Assembly: GCA_030647555.1 (NCBI GenBank)
Contig: JAUSJG010000008.1
Coordinates: 193,467 to 257,466, forward strand
Reading direction: 5' to 3'
Length of the DNA stretch: 64,000 nucleotides
From: a bacterium
Lineage (GTDB): Bacteria > Patescibacteriota > Andersenbacteria > UBA10190 > CAIZMI01
This document shows, piece by piece, positions 56,194 through 64,000 of the stretch. The position numbers and the translations under genes are program-made. The stretch's first letter is position 1; the number at the start of each line of letters is the position of its first letter. A model generated the notes under the pieces. That model was given only the letters and a program-made list of their open reading frames with translations, had not been told where the DNA came from and ran no database searches.

Positions 56194-56989
56194 CGGATAA
56201 GGTTTTTCTTAGCAGTCCCTGTACAAATTCAATAATGGAGAGGGTTTTTTTGCCGACGTGAGTTGGGGCAACCTCGGACAAATCCGTAAAATTAACATCC
56301 CTGACAAGCTCGCCTCGATGCAAAAGAATTAATCGCTCTGTCATATTTTCAATATCCTCCAAGTTGTGTGTCGCTAAAATAATCGTTGCTTTGCTCTTCA
56401 TAATTATTTCTTTTGCTTCTTCCGCGAAATGAAGATCAAACGCGCCAAATGGTTCATCTAAAATTATAAGTGACGGATCGGGTAATAAAACACGCGCAAA
56501 ATCGAGTCGAGAAACCATTCCCGTGGAATATTGTTCGACATATTTATCAATAACGTCTGATAGCCCGACAATCTCTGCCATTTTTTTTATTCTTTCTTCG
56601 CTGTGCTTGATGTGATAAAGATTGGCGATGAATCGTAAATTTTCGTAACCGGTCAGTTGGCGATAAATAAGGGGAAACGCTGCCATATAACCAACAGGTT
56701 GTCTGTCGGGACTGGATGCTTCCACACCATCAATAATCATTGTACCGTTTGCCGGATTAAGAGCTCCTGCCATCGTTCGAAACAATGTTGTCTTTCCCGC
56801 GCCATTCATTCCTACAACACCGACCCGTTCGCCAGGGGAAATATTTAAAGAAATATTGTGAAGAGCCCGAAAATGGTGGTGCGAATGAGTTTGTCCTGTG
56901 CCAAGTAATTGTTTTTTTAGAAACCAATTAAAAGGTAACGGATAATCAACACTAAGATGGTTTATCTCGATAGAACTTCCTTGGATCAT
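56141..56989 (-). CDS. ABC transporter ATP-binding protein (Wzt/TagH-like)
   Basis: Walker A 'GVVGMNGAGKTT', signature 'YSTGMVSRL' and Walker B 'IILDEP'. Confidence 0.85.
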   Translation of the reverse strand: MIQGSSIEINHLSVDYPLPFNWFLKKQLLGTGQTHSHHHFRALHNISLNISPGERVGVVGMNGAGKTTLFRTMAGALNPANGTMIIDGVEASSPDRQPVGYMAAFPLIYRQLTGYENLRFIANLYHIKHSEERIKKMAEIVGLSDVIDKYVEQYSTGMVSRLDFARVLLPDPSLIILDEPFGAFDLHFAEEAKEIIMKSKATIILATHNLEDIENMTERLILLHRGELVRDVNFTDLSEVAPTHVGKKTLSIIEFVQGLLRKTLSGDKNYCPTLHKKHVLSK

Positions 56990-57181
56990 TGAGGATATTA
57001 TAGCGGAAATATAAAGAAAAGTAACTCGAATTGTTGAAAAGAGTGCTTATTGATAAAAATGGGCCTGAATTATGATAATGATCAATGAATGGTGAGTGGA
57101 CAAAGTGGAAACATATTCATAAATCATTAATCATATATCGTTATTCACAAAATGGATGTATTCCACTATCTTTTGTATATG

Positions 57182-57622
57182 GATAAACTGGTTCTCGACA
57201 CAAATGTCTTAATTGATGGTATTAAGGATGAAAATTCCGCCGCCTGGCAGATTATTAATGCCGTGTTTGAGAGAAAGGTTGAACTATATGTTAGCCACCC
57301 TGTCGTGAGAGAATATCGACGCATTTTGCAACGGGAAATTTCCGATCCGGCGTATAGTGAACGTGTTTTGGGTTTGCTCGATCTGGCGATCAAAATTGAT
57401 GTACATAATATTCAGCGCCTGGTTGTGGACGATCCGGAAGATGACAAAGTGATCGCCACGGCACTTACTGCCGGCGCGGACGCGTTGATTTCGGAAGATA
57501 AACATCTATTGGATTTAGACAAGCAATACGATTTAAGAATTATGAAACCGAAGGAATATCTTAATCGTAACCAGCAAGATTCTTCATGGAGTGACTTTGC
57601 TAAGCTAATCGGGTTAAACTAG
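57182..57622 (+). CDS. PIN-domain nuclease (COG1569-type, TA-toxin-like), orphan
   Basis: 'LVLDTNVLIDG' and 'DDPEDDKVIATALTAGADALISED'. No adjacent antitoxin ORF. Confidence 0.7.
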   Translation, partial: DKLVLDTNVLIDGIKDENSAAWQIINAVFERKVELYVSHPVVREYRRILQREISDPAYSERVLGLLDLAIKIDVHNIQRLVVDDPEDDKVIATALTAGADALISEDKHLLDLDKQYDLRIMKPKEYLNRNQQDSSWSDFAKLIGLN

Positions 57623-57627
57623 AGTAG

Positions 57628-58923
57628 ATGGTTATTGATCGTAGGAAAATATTATTTATCGCGTCCGCGATATTTTTTGTGTTGACTGCGAGTGTTAGTA
57701 GAGCGCAAGAGGTAAATAACAATGGTGATGCGGTTATTGATAATTCCGCGGCAATATTGAGTAAAGAAGCGGAATTAAAAGCAGTTCAAGAAAAAATTGA
57801 TGCCCTGAACACGGCGAAAAAGGTGCATGAACTGGAAAAGAATAATTTAGTACGATCGATCGATATAATAAACGATAACATTCAATCAACGCGTCTGGAG
57901 TTAGATAAAACGGCAATTTCAATTGATTTCGCGCGATTGCAAATTAAAGATAATCAACAAGGCATGAAAAATGCGGAAAAACAAGTCAATGGTTTACGAG
58001 TGGAGTTGCAAGGTATTTTGCGAGAGATGAGCGCTTTAGACCAGCTTTCCTTGTGGCAATCTCTATTTTCCAAAGGATCATTCACAGACTTTCTACAGGC
58101 CAATGGGGCGTTTAGCTCTCTCCAGCGCAAGATGATGAATAATATCGTAGTCGCGCAAGACGCGCGAAAAGTGCTGGGAAAACAAAAAAATGATCTAATC
58201 CAGAAGCAAGAAGATCTTTCTCAATTGCAGGGCTTGCAAGAAGCGCAAAAAAACTCTCTTAACGCGGAAGAAGGGAATAAACAAACGGCGCTAACAAAAA
58301 CTGTTGCCGAACAAAAAAAGGTTTCCGGTCTTATCGCTGAAGCGGAACAAGCCAGAACGGAAATCAATCAAAAATTATTTTCTTTGCGCAGTGCCGGAAT
58401 TAGTATGTCATTGACGGATGCCTTAAAAATGGCCAAATATGCCGGAAAAGTGACGGGGGTGAGACCGGCACTATTACTTGGTGTTTTAAAAATTGAATCA
58501 AATCTTGGCACAAATGTCGGTTCCGGTCGCTATCCCGACGATATTCACCCATTGCATCGCGAAGCGTTTCTTCGAGTCGTAAAAAAACTTGGCCTAGACT
58601 TTGCAACGGCGCCGGTTTCCGCAAAACCGAAATCTTATCCGGGTTGGGGTGGGGCAATAGGGCCGGGACAAATTATGCCGGGAATTTGGGAAAGTATCGA
58701 AAATACAGTTGCCGAGCTAACGGGACGCGCCCTTCCATCGCCGTATAATCTGCAAGACGCCTTTGTGGCGACGGCAATTATTTTGCGAAACTCGGGCGCG
58801 GTCTCGGGAAGTGAGTTTGAAGCGGTAAATCGCTACTTCGCGGGAGGAAACTGGCAACGATTTACCTGGTATGGGGATAGAGTGTTGGCTGTCGCTAAGG
58901 AGTATGAGAGTAACGAAATATAG
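57628..58923 (+). CDS. Secreted or anchored coiled-coil protein with a C-terminal MltB-like lytic transglycosylase domain
   Basis: N-terminal hydrophobic segment, a coiled coil of about 250 aa, then 'LGVLKIESNLG', 'GAIGPGQIMP' and 'RYFAGGNW' SLT-type motifs. Confidence 0.5.
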   Translation: MVIDRRKILFIASAIFFVLTASVSRAQEVNNNGDAVIDNSAAILSKEAELKAVQEKIDALNTAKKVHELEKNNLVRSIDIINDNIQSTRLELDKTAISIDFARLQIKDNQQGMKNAEKQVNGLRVELQGILREMSALDQLSLWQSLFSKGSFTDFLQANGAFSSLQRKMMNNIVVAQDARKVLGKQKNDLIQKQEDLSQLQGLQEAQKNSLNAEEGNKQTALTKTVAEQKKVSGLIAEAEQARTEINQKLFSLRSAGISMSLTDALKMAKYAGKVTGVRPALLLGVLKIESNLGTNVGSGRYPDDIHPLHREAFLRVVKKLGLDFATAPVSAKPKSYPGWGGAIGPGQIMPGIWESIENTVAELTGRALPSPYNLQDAFVATAIILRNSGAVSGSEFEAVNRYFAGGNWQRFTWYGDRVLAVAKEYESNEI

Positions 58924-58983
58924 TGTTTCTATTATTATAGTATCGTTATAAAACTTAAGGAACGACTGTGTAAAATTGCCTCC

Positions 58984-59115
58984 AAAATTTTCAATTATCA
59001 ATTTTACAATTTTCAATTAATTTTCAAAATTATAATTATCAAACGATGGCGGTTTTTTGAAAATTTGGTCATTTAGAAATTAATTGAAAATTGGCCATTG
59101 ATAATTGATAATTAA
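58984..59115. repeat. Intergenic palindromic element, family E, copy 2
   Basis: AAATTTTCAATTATCAATTTTACAATTTTCAATTAATTTTC ... GAAAATTGGCCATTGATAATTGATAATT, plus an internal TTTGGTCATTT. Confidence 0.75.
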
Positions 59116-59141
59116 AGATCTTGAGTTATACTCTTTGAGCA

Positions 59142-62069
59142 ATGTCTGTTAAAAAACAAGGGAAAACAAAAAAGATTAGCATCGATCTCTCTGATCTCAA
59201 TACCGAGCAACGCGCGGCCGTAACGCACGAAAAGGGGCCGCTTTTGCTGATTGCCGGCGCCGGTACGGGCAAAACAACGGTAATCGCGAATAAAATTTTG
59301 TGGTTAATCCAAGAACGGGGCATAAGACCGGATAATATACTCGCCCTTACTTTTACGGAAAAAACCGCGAAGGAAATGGAAGAACGCGTTGATCGTTTAC
59401 TTCCTATGGGTTTAAGTAGGGTGCGCATCGCCACCTTTCACGGTTTCTGCGAGCGCCTGCTCCGCGACTACGCGATTGAAATCGGACTCGATCCGTCGTT
59501 TAAAATCTTAACCGTTCCCGAGCAATGGTTGTTGTTGCGGAGGCATCTTTTTGAATTGCCGTTGAATTATTACCGTCCGCTCGGCAATCCCACCAGCTTT
59601 ATCAAAGATATTGTCCGCGCCATCGGTGCTTCTAAAGACCAAGATTTGATGCCCGAACGCTATATTTCCTACGCCGGAGTTTTAAGAGAATCCGCGGAGA
59701 CGGAAAACGACGAAAAAAAGAAAGCGGGTCTGCTCGAATCGGCCGTACGCTGGAACGAATTTGGCGAGGTCTATCGCGCCTACCAGCAAATTGTTTTGCA
59801 AGAAGGAGCGATGGATTTCGGCGATATTATTCTTAACGCTGTACGTCTTTTGGAAGAACGCCCCTCGGTGGCGATGCGTCTCCGCGAAACTTTAGAAGAA
59901 GTTTTAGTGGACGAATTTCAGGACACCAACGGCGCACAAAATACACTTCTTCGCCTTTTAGTGCCGGACAAAAATGGCCAAATCACTGTGGTGGGTGACG
60001 ACGATCAATCCATTTATGCTTGGCGTGGTTCCAATATCGCCAACATTCTCACATTTCAAGAATGGTATCCGGGCGCGAAAAAAATTGTCCTAACCAAAAA
60101 TTATCGTTCCCCCCAAACCTTACTTGATTCGGCGTATAAACTGATTCAGTTTAATAATCCAATGCGGTTGGAAAAAACCGCCAACGTTGATAAGCGCCTG
60201 CAAAGCGCCACGGGGGAACAAAACAGTCTTTCCGTTTCGCACCATCATTTTCCAACCATTGAAGATGAGTGCGCGTTTATCGCCGATCAAATTATTTACG
60301 GCGTGGAAAAAATGAATCGGTCGTTGAGCGACTTTACAATTCTTTTACGCGCCAACGCGCAATCTGATATTATCGTTCCGGCGCTCATTCAGCGAGACAT
60401 TCTTTTTCATGTTTCGGACGCGCGCGGATTACTGCTTCGGCCGGAGGTGCGCGACGTGATCGCCTATTTGCGCGTGGTTTTTAATCCGCGCGACAATGTT
60501 TCTATTTTTCGGCTAATTTCGCATCCGATTTATAATCTCGCGCCATATGAACGCCAGCGTTTATTTAATGACAGTCGGCAGGAAAATTTTGATTTGACGG
60601 AAAAATTACGCACGGCCAGCAAGCAACCGGAATATTCCGAAGAAACTAAAACCGGTTTAAAAAAGTTTATCGATTTGCTCGATCAGCACGTCGCCAGTGC
60701 CCCTTCGGCGCAACCGTCGCGAATCGCGCTCGAATATCTCCAAAAAAGCGGATATTTGGAGTGGGCGATTAAAAATAGCGAGCAAACTCCCGAAATTCTG
60801 CCGAATATCAGCGAGTTTGTGCAATTTATCAAGGAATACGAACGCTCCGACCAAGAAGCCTCGTTATTAAGCTTTTTGGATTATCTTGAACTGGTTGTTT
60901 CCTCCGGCGAAAGCCCCGCGCAAGCTTCATTGAGTGGTGATTTTGAAGCGGTAAAAATTCAAACCGTACACAGCGCGAAAGGCTTGGAATTTCCTGTCGT
61001 GTTTATTTTAGGGGCCACGAAAGATAAATATCCGGGAGCAAACAGAAGCAATCCATTGGAAATTCCAAATTATTTTTCCGACAGCCAGGGAATTGACGAA
61101 CGTGAAGCGCACACAATGGAAGAACGGCGCTTGTTTTACGTGGCGATGACGCGCGCCAAGGAAAGACTTTTTATTACTTCCGCCAGTCAAAGTTTGACCG
61201 GCAAATCGATCAAGAAACCATCGTTATTTATTGAAGAAGCGGAAATTGAAACCGTGGCGGGCAAAGGAACAACCATCGCCCAACAATTAAAATTACCGAT
61301 TAGTTTGGAGAAAAAAGCGACCAAAAATTCGATTTCTTTGACCATTCCTAAAACAACCAGTGTTTCGCAAATTGAAAACTACGAAAAATGCCCATTGCAA
61401 TATAAATTTCAGTATATCTATCGCATTCCTGTTTTACAGGGCCACGCGATGACATTTGGAAATACAATCCATAAAATATTGAAAGAGGTGGCGCAAAAAG
61501 TGACCGCCGGACAAACACTGGAGATTGCCGACGCGCTTTCGTTATATAAAAAACATTGGAACAGTGACGGTTTTGAGGACCGTCAACATGAAGAAGAGCG
61601 TAAAGAAAAAGGAAAAATAATTTTAACCGCCTATCTGGAAGCCAATCCGTACTTGTTAAATACCAAACCGCTTTATGCGGAAGAATCTTTTCGCTTGCGG
61701 ATCGATGATGTAATAGTAAATGGGCGCATCGACCGCGTTGATAAAATTGACGGGCTGATAACGGTTACCGATTTCAAAACAGGAAAAGTAAAAGATCAAA
61801 AAGACGCGGATAAAAGTTTACAGCTTTCCGTGTACGCAATCGCGCTCAAAGACGCTTTTGATATCAAGGCGGAGCGTCTGGTTTTATCATATTTGGAAGG
61901 GCCAACCGACCGTCGCACGACGCGCACCGACGCGGTTTTGAAAAAAACGCGCAAAAGATTGATGGAAACGGTTAACAAAATAGTCGCGCAAGATTTCACC
62001 CCCAAACCGGAAAAAATGACCTGTCACTTCTGCGCCTTCAATAAAATCTGCGACTTCTCGCTGGAGTAA
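59142..62069 (+). CDS. UvrD/PcrA-like SF1A helicase fused to a C-terminal PD-(D/E)xK (RecB/Cas4-like) nuclease domain with a Cys cluster
   Basis: 'LIAGAGTGKTT', 'VDEFQDTN', 'VHSAKGLEFPVVF', then 'RIDRVDK...VTDFKTGK' and 'CHFCAFNKIC'. Confidence 0.85.
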   Translation: MSVKKQGKTKKISIDLSDLNTEQRAAVTHEKGPLLLIAGAGTGKTTVIANKILWLIQERGIRPDNILALTFTEKTAKEMEERVDRLLPMGLSRVRIATFHGFCERLLRDYAIEIGLDPSFKILTVPEQWLLLRRHLFELPLNYYRPLGNPTSFIKDIVRAIGASKDQDLMPERYISYAGVLRESAETENDEKKKAGLLESAVRWNEFGEVYRAYQQIVLQEGAMDFGDIILNAVRLLEERPSVAMRLRETLEEVLVDEFQDTNGAQNTLLRLLVPDKNGQITVVGDDDQSIYAWRGSNIANILTFQEWYPGAKKIVLTKNYRSPQTLLDSAYKLIQFNNPMRLEKTANVDKRLQSATGEQNSLSVSHHHFPTIEDECAFIADQIIYGVEKMNRSLSDFTILLRANAQSDIIVPALIQRDILFHVSDARGLLLRPEVRDVIAYLRVVFNPRDNVSIFRLISHPIYNLAPYERQRLFNDSRQENFDLTEKLRTASKQPEYSEETKTGLKKFIDLLDQHVASAPSAQPSRIALEYLQKSGYLEWAIKNSEQTPEILPNISEFVQFIKEYERSDQEASLLSFLDYLELVVSSGESPAQASLSGDFEAVKIQTVHSAKGLEFPVVFILGATKDKYPGANRSNPLEIPNYFSDSQGIDEREAHTMEERRLFYVAMTRAKERLFITSASQSLTGKSIKKPSLFIEEAEIETVAGKGTTIAQQLKLPISLEKKATKNSISLTIPKTTSVSQIENYEKCPLQYKFQYIYRIPVLQGHAMTFGNTIHKILKEVAQKVTAGQTLEIADALSLYKKHWNSDGFEDRQHEEERKEKGKIILTAYLEANPYLLNTKPLYAEESFRLRIDDVIVNGRIDRVDKIDGLITVTDFKTGKVKDQKDADKSLQLSVYAIALKDAFDIKAERLVLSYLEGPTDRRTTRTDAVLKKTRKRLMETVNKIVAQDFTPKPEKMTCHFCAFNKICDFSLE

Positions 62070-62150
62070 AAAATGGGAACAAAAAGTGGGGAGCCGCCAT
62101 ACCCCTCTTTTTTTAAAGAGGGGCGAGGGGAGATTCCGTCGTCATTCGTA

Positions 62151-62192
62151 GGGGGTCCGTTCCTGTTACGCAGCGTCGGACACTGATCGACG
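62151..62192 (+). repeat. GGTCGGAC hairpin repeat (family C), copy 2
   Basis: GGGGGTCCGTTCCTGTTACGCAGCGTCGGACACTGATCGACG. Confidence 0.6.
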
Positions 62193-62239
62193 TAAAAAAA
62201 CGGAAGGGTGGAATTCAAAATGAGAGAGTCCGGTACTTC

Positions 62240-62268
62240 TTGCAAACAAAACACGAACGATTTATAAT
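62240..62268 (+). promoter_or_regulatory. Near-consensus σ70-type promoter TTGCAA-17-TATAAT upstream of the DinD-like gene
   Basis: TTGCAAacaaaacacgaacgattTATAAT. Duplicated at 63252-63280. Confidence 0.6.
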
Positions 62269-62297
62269 AATGATGTAAAACAATTAATTTAATAAAT

Positions 62298-63134
62298 ATG
62301 AATATTGAAATAACAACACAAATAGCGTTATTCAGAGGTGAAAAAATTAGAAGGACGCTTCATCAAAACGAATGGTGGTTTTCAGTGGTGGACGCGTGCG
62401 GAGTTCTTACAGACAGTAAAGATGCTGGGGCATATTGGCGAAAACTCAAGCAGAGATTAATTGAAGAGGGAAGCGAGGTCGTGACATTTTGTCACGGACT
62501 GAAATTGGAAGCCACAGACGGTAAAAAATACGAAACCGATTGTGCTACAACTGAAGGTCTCTTTCGTATCGCGCAGTCCATCCCATTCTCCAAAGCCGAG
62601 CCTTTTAAGCGCTGGTTGGCCAAGGTGGGGTATGAACGCGTGCAAGAAATTGAAAATCCCGAACTGGCCACAAAAAGAACACGCGTTCTTTACAAACTCA
62701 AAGGATACTCGGATAATTGGATTGAAAAAAGAATGCGTGGTATCGCTATTCGGGAAGAATTGACCGATGAGTGGCTAAAACGGGGAGCACAGGAAGAAAG
62801 AGATTATGCAATTCTTACCGCGGAAATATCCAAAGTGGCTTTTGGTGTTACGCCCAACGAATACAAAAAACTTAAAGGTTTGAAACGGGAAAATCTGCGT
62901 GATCATATGGATGATTTTGAGCTAATTTTTACAATGCTGGGAGAACGATCTACCACGGAAATCCATCGCACTGAAAATTCGAAAGGTGTTCCAAAACTGC
63001 GTAGTGACGCAAAAGCCGGAGGCGAAATTGCCGGTGGCGCAAGAAAAAAACTAGAAGATCGTCTTGGTCGTTCGGTGGTTACGAAAAATAACTTTTTCCA
63101 AAAACCGGCGGATAAAATGGACTTGAAAAAATAG
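62298..63134 (+). CDS. dinD: DinD-like DNA-damage-inducible protein (Bro-N domain)
   Basis: Bro-N-like 'NEWWFSVVDACGVLT' and a DinD-like 'FGVTPNEYKKLKGLKRENLRDHMDDFELIF' segment. Confidence 0.65.
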   Translation: MNIEITTQIALFRGEKIRRTLHQNEWWFSVVDACGVLTDSKDAGAYWRKLKQRLIEEGSEVVTFCHGLKLEATDGKKYETDCATTEGLFRIAQSIPFSKAEPFKRWLAKVGYERVQEIENPELATKRTRVLYKLKGYSDNWIEKRMRGIAIREELTDEWLKRGAQEERDYAILTAEISKVAFGVTPNEYKKLKGLKRENLRDHMDDFELIFTMLGERSTTEIHRTENSKGVPKLRSDAKAGGEIAGGARKKLEDRLGRSVVTKNNFFQKPADKMDLKK

Positions 63135-63168
63135 GATGAACGAATAATTGTTGTTGTTGCGTAGTAAA

Positions 63169-63215
63169 AGGGTCCGTCCTTGCCGTACAAGGTCGGACTC
63201 TGATTGGCGTGCGTC
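63169..63215 (+). repeat. GGTCGGAC hairpin repeat (family C), copy 3
   Basis: GGGTCCGTCCTTGCCGTACAAGGTCGGACTCTGATTGGCG. Confidence 0.6.
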
Positions 63216-63251
63216 GCTCACCCTCCCCAAAAAAACGTCCACAACTCGCTC

Positions 63252-63280
63252 TTGCAAACAATACACGAACGTCATATAAT
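63252..63280 (+). promoter_or_regulatory. Second copy of the TTGCAA-17-TATAAT promoter module
   Basis: TTGCAAacaatacacgaacgtcaTATAAT. The ATG lies 5 nt downstream, so the mRNA may be leaderless. Confidence 0.6.
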
Positions 63281-63284
63281 AATT

Positions 63285-63560
63285 ATGAAAGCGAAGGGGG
63301 AAAGCAATATATTATTAATTCAATTAGTATATGAAATACAAAAAAATAAAATTGTTCCGAATAACAGTTATACGGAATTTTTGCTTTATACCACTCCGAA
63401 CGGCAAGGTAAAAGTTGAAATATTTTTACGAAATGAAGATATCTGGCTGACTCAAGCAAAAATCACTGAACTTTTTGGCGTTGAAAGAAGTGTTGTTACA
63501 AAGCACCTGCAAAATATTTATTTAGACAAGGAGCTCAAAAAGGAAGCAACAAGTCAATAA
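63285..63560 (+). pseudogene. RhuM-family N-terminal fragment (truncated)
   Basis: 'LYTTPNGKVKVEIFLRNEDIWLTQAKITELFGVERSVVTKHLQNIY' matches the RhuM N-terminus. It stops after about 91 aa, whereas the family is about 330 aa. Confidence 0.5.
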
Positions 63561-63632
63561 TTGCACAGGTTAAAATGAGGGAGAAAAATAATAATGAATT
63601 TAAAAAATATCGGGTTTGAAATTAAATAAAAT

Positions 63633-63971
63633 ATGTATATTTTTTTAGACGAAAGCGGACAGTTCATAAAACACAATGACGATGATTATTTTGTTGTAGC
63701 ATCTTTTACTGTTGATGATCCGCGGCGAACGCAAAAAAGATTTAAAACCTGGCAGAAAACAAGGTTCCCCAAAAGAATGCGCAATCAGGCGGAAATAAAA
63801 TATTCTGCGGTAGATATTTCCGAATTACTGCGTTTGAGGACGCTAAAGTTTATTTCTAGACTTGATGTGCGAATAAATTATACATTCCTGAAGAGAAAAA
63901 ATATTCCTGACAATTTTGTTAAGAAAAACAAAAATAAATTATACATTCCTGAAGAGAAAAAATATTCCTGA
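63633..63971 (+). pseudogene. DUF3800-family gene, frameshifted by a 61-bp tandem duplication
   Basis: 'MYIFLDESGQF' DUF3800 N-terminal hallmark. The duplication at 63876-63997 shifts the frame to a premature TGA. Confidence 0.5.
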
Positions 63972-63997
63972 CAATTTTGTTAAGAAAAACAAAACTC
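63876..63997 (+). repeat. Perfect 61-bp tandem duplication (2 copies)
   Basis: AAATTATACATTCCTGAAGAGAAAAAATATTCCTGACAATTTTGTTAAGAAAAACAAAA repeated head-to-tail. Confidence 0.85.
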
Positions 63998-64000
63998 AAC

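Noticed and set aside
57182-64000. Intact prophage or integrative element
   Set aside because: No integrase, recombinase, capsid, terminase or portal genes are present, and several genes are truncated. It is better described as an island remnant.
1-64000. tmRNA, RNase P RNA, SRP RNA or rRNA
   Set aside because: I found no TΨC-arm-like GGTTCGANTCC apart from the tRNA-Gln, and no tag-peptide reading frame. No 4.5S SRP-like structure or rRNA-like conserved blocks were recognisable by eye.

Overview
The window is AT-rich (roughly 40-45% GC) and gene-dense, and reads as standard genetic code. The gene content suggests a small-genome bacterium, possibly a Patescibacteria/CPR-like lineage; this is inference from the reduced housekeeping set and the many GT-C/GT4 glycosyltransferases. 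The backbone is housekeeping: secA, secDF, glyA, folD, two mreB paralogs with mreC, mreD and PBP2, frr, rseP, proS, lysS, serS, greA, holB, dnaX and tRNA-Gln(UUG). Envelope genes are prominent. Two ArnT/PMT-like GT-C enzymes sit with six GT4 glycosyltransferases at the start of the window. Two more ArnT-like GT-C genes lie near a GtrA flippase and a DegT aminotransferase. There is also a methyltransferase with an ABC-2 exporter pair, and a tightly coupled FtsQ-like / α/β-hydrolase / membrane-anchored MurF-like ligase / DegT / FemAB operon. Several families of short structured repeats are scattered across the window and are its least expected feature. The first is a composite hairpin-rich element of about 115-190 bp with three copies. 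Two of those copies lie in-frame inside coding sequence: one in a GT4 gene, one forming the N-terminus of a GT39-like gene. The second is a 25-nt GC-rich motif, GCGAGGCTCGCCCWGATGGGCGGC, found twice in-frame inside genes and once intergenic. The third group is a set of long imperfect palindromes in intergenic regions. They are built from tandem 9-mers of the form TTGnnAwTT around a shared TTGGTCATTG core. The fourth is a set of GGTCGGAC hairpin clusters that follow stop codons. Three GC-rich genes are probably horizontally acquired. One encodes a 318 aa membrane-anchored protein, one a 75 aa membrane protein and one a 155 aa protein. The last ~7 kb looks like a decaying accessory island. It carries a PIN nuclease, a coiled-coil MltB-like transglycosylase and a UvrD–PD-(D/E)xK helicase-nuclease. 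A DinD-like gene and a truncated RhuM-like gene follow, each behind a duplicated TTGCAA-17-TATAAT promoter module. The island ends with a DUF3800 gene broken by a 61-bp tandem duplication. I found no CRISPR array, rRNA, integrase or transposase.
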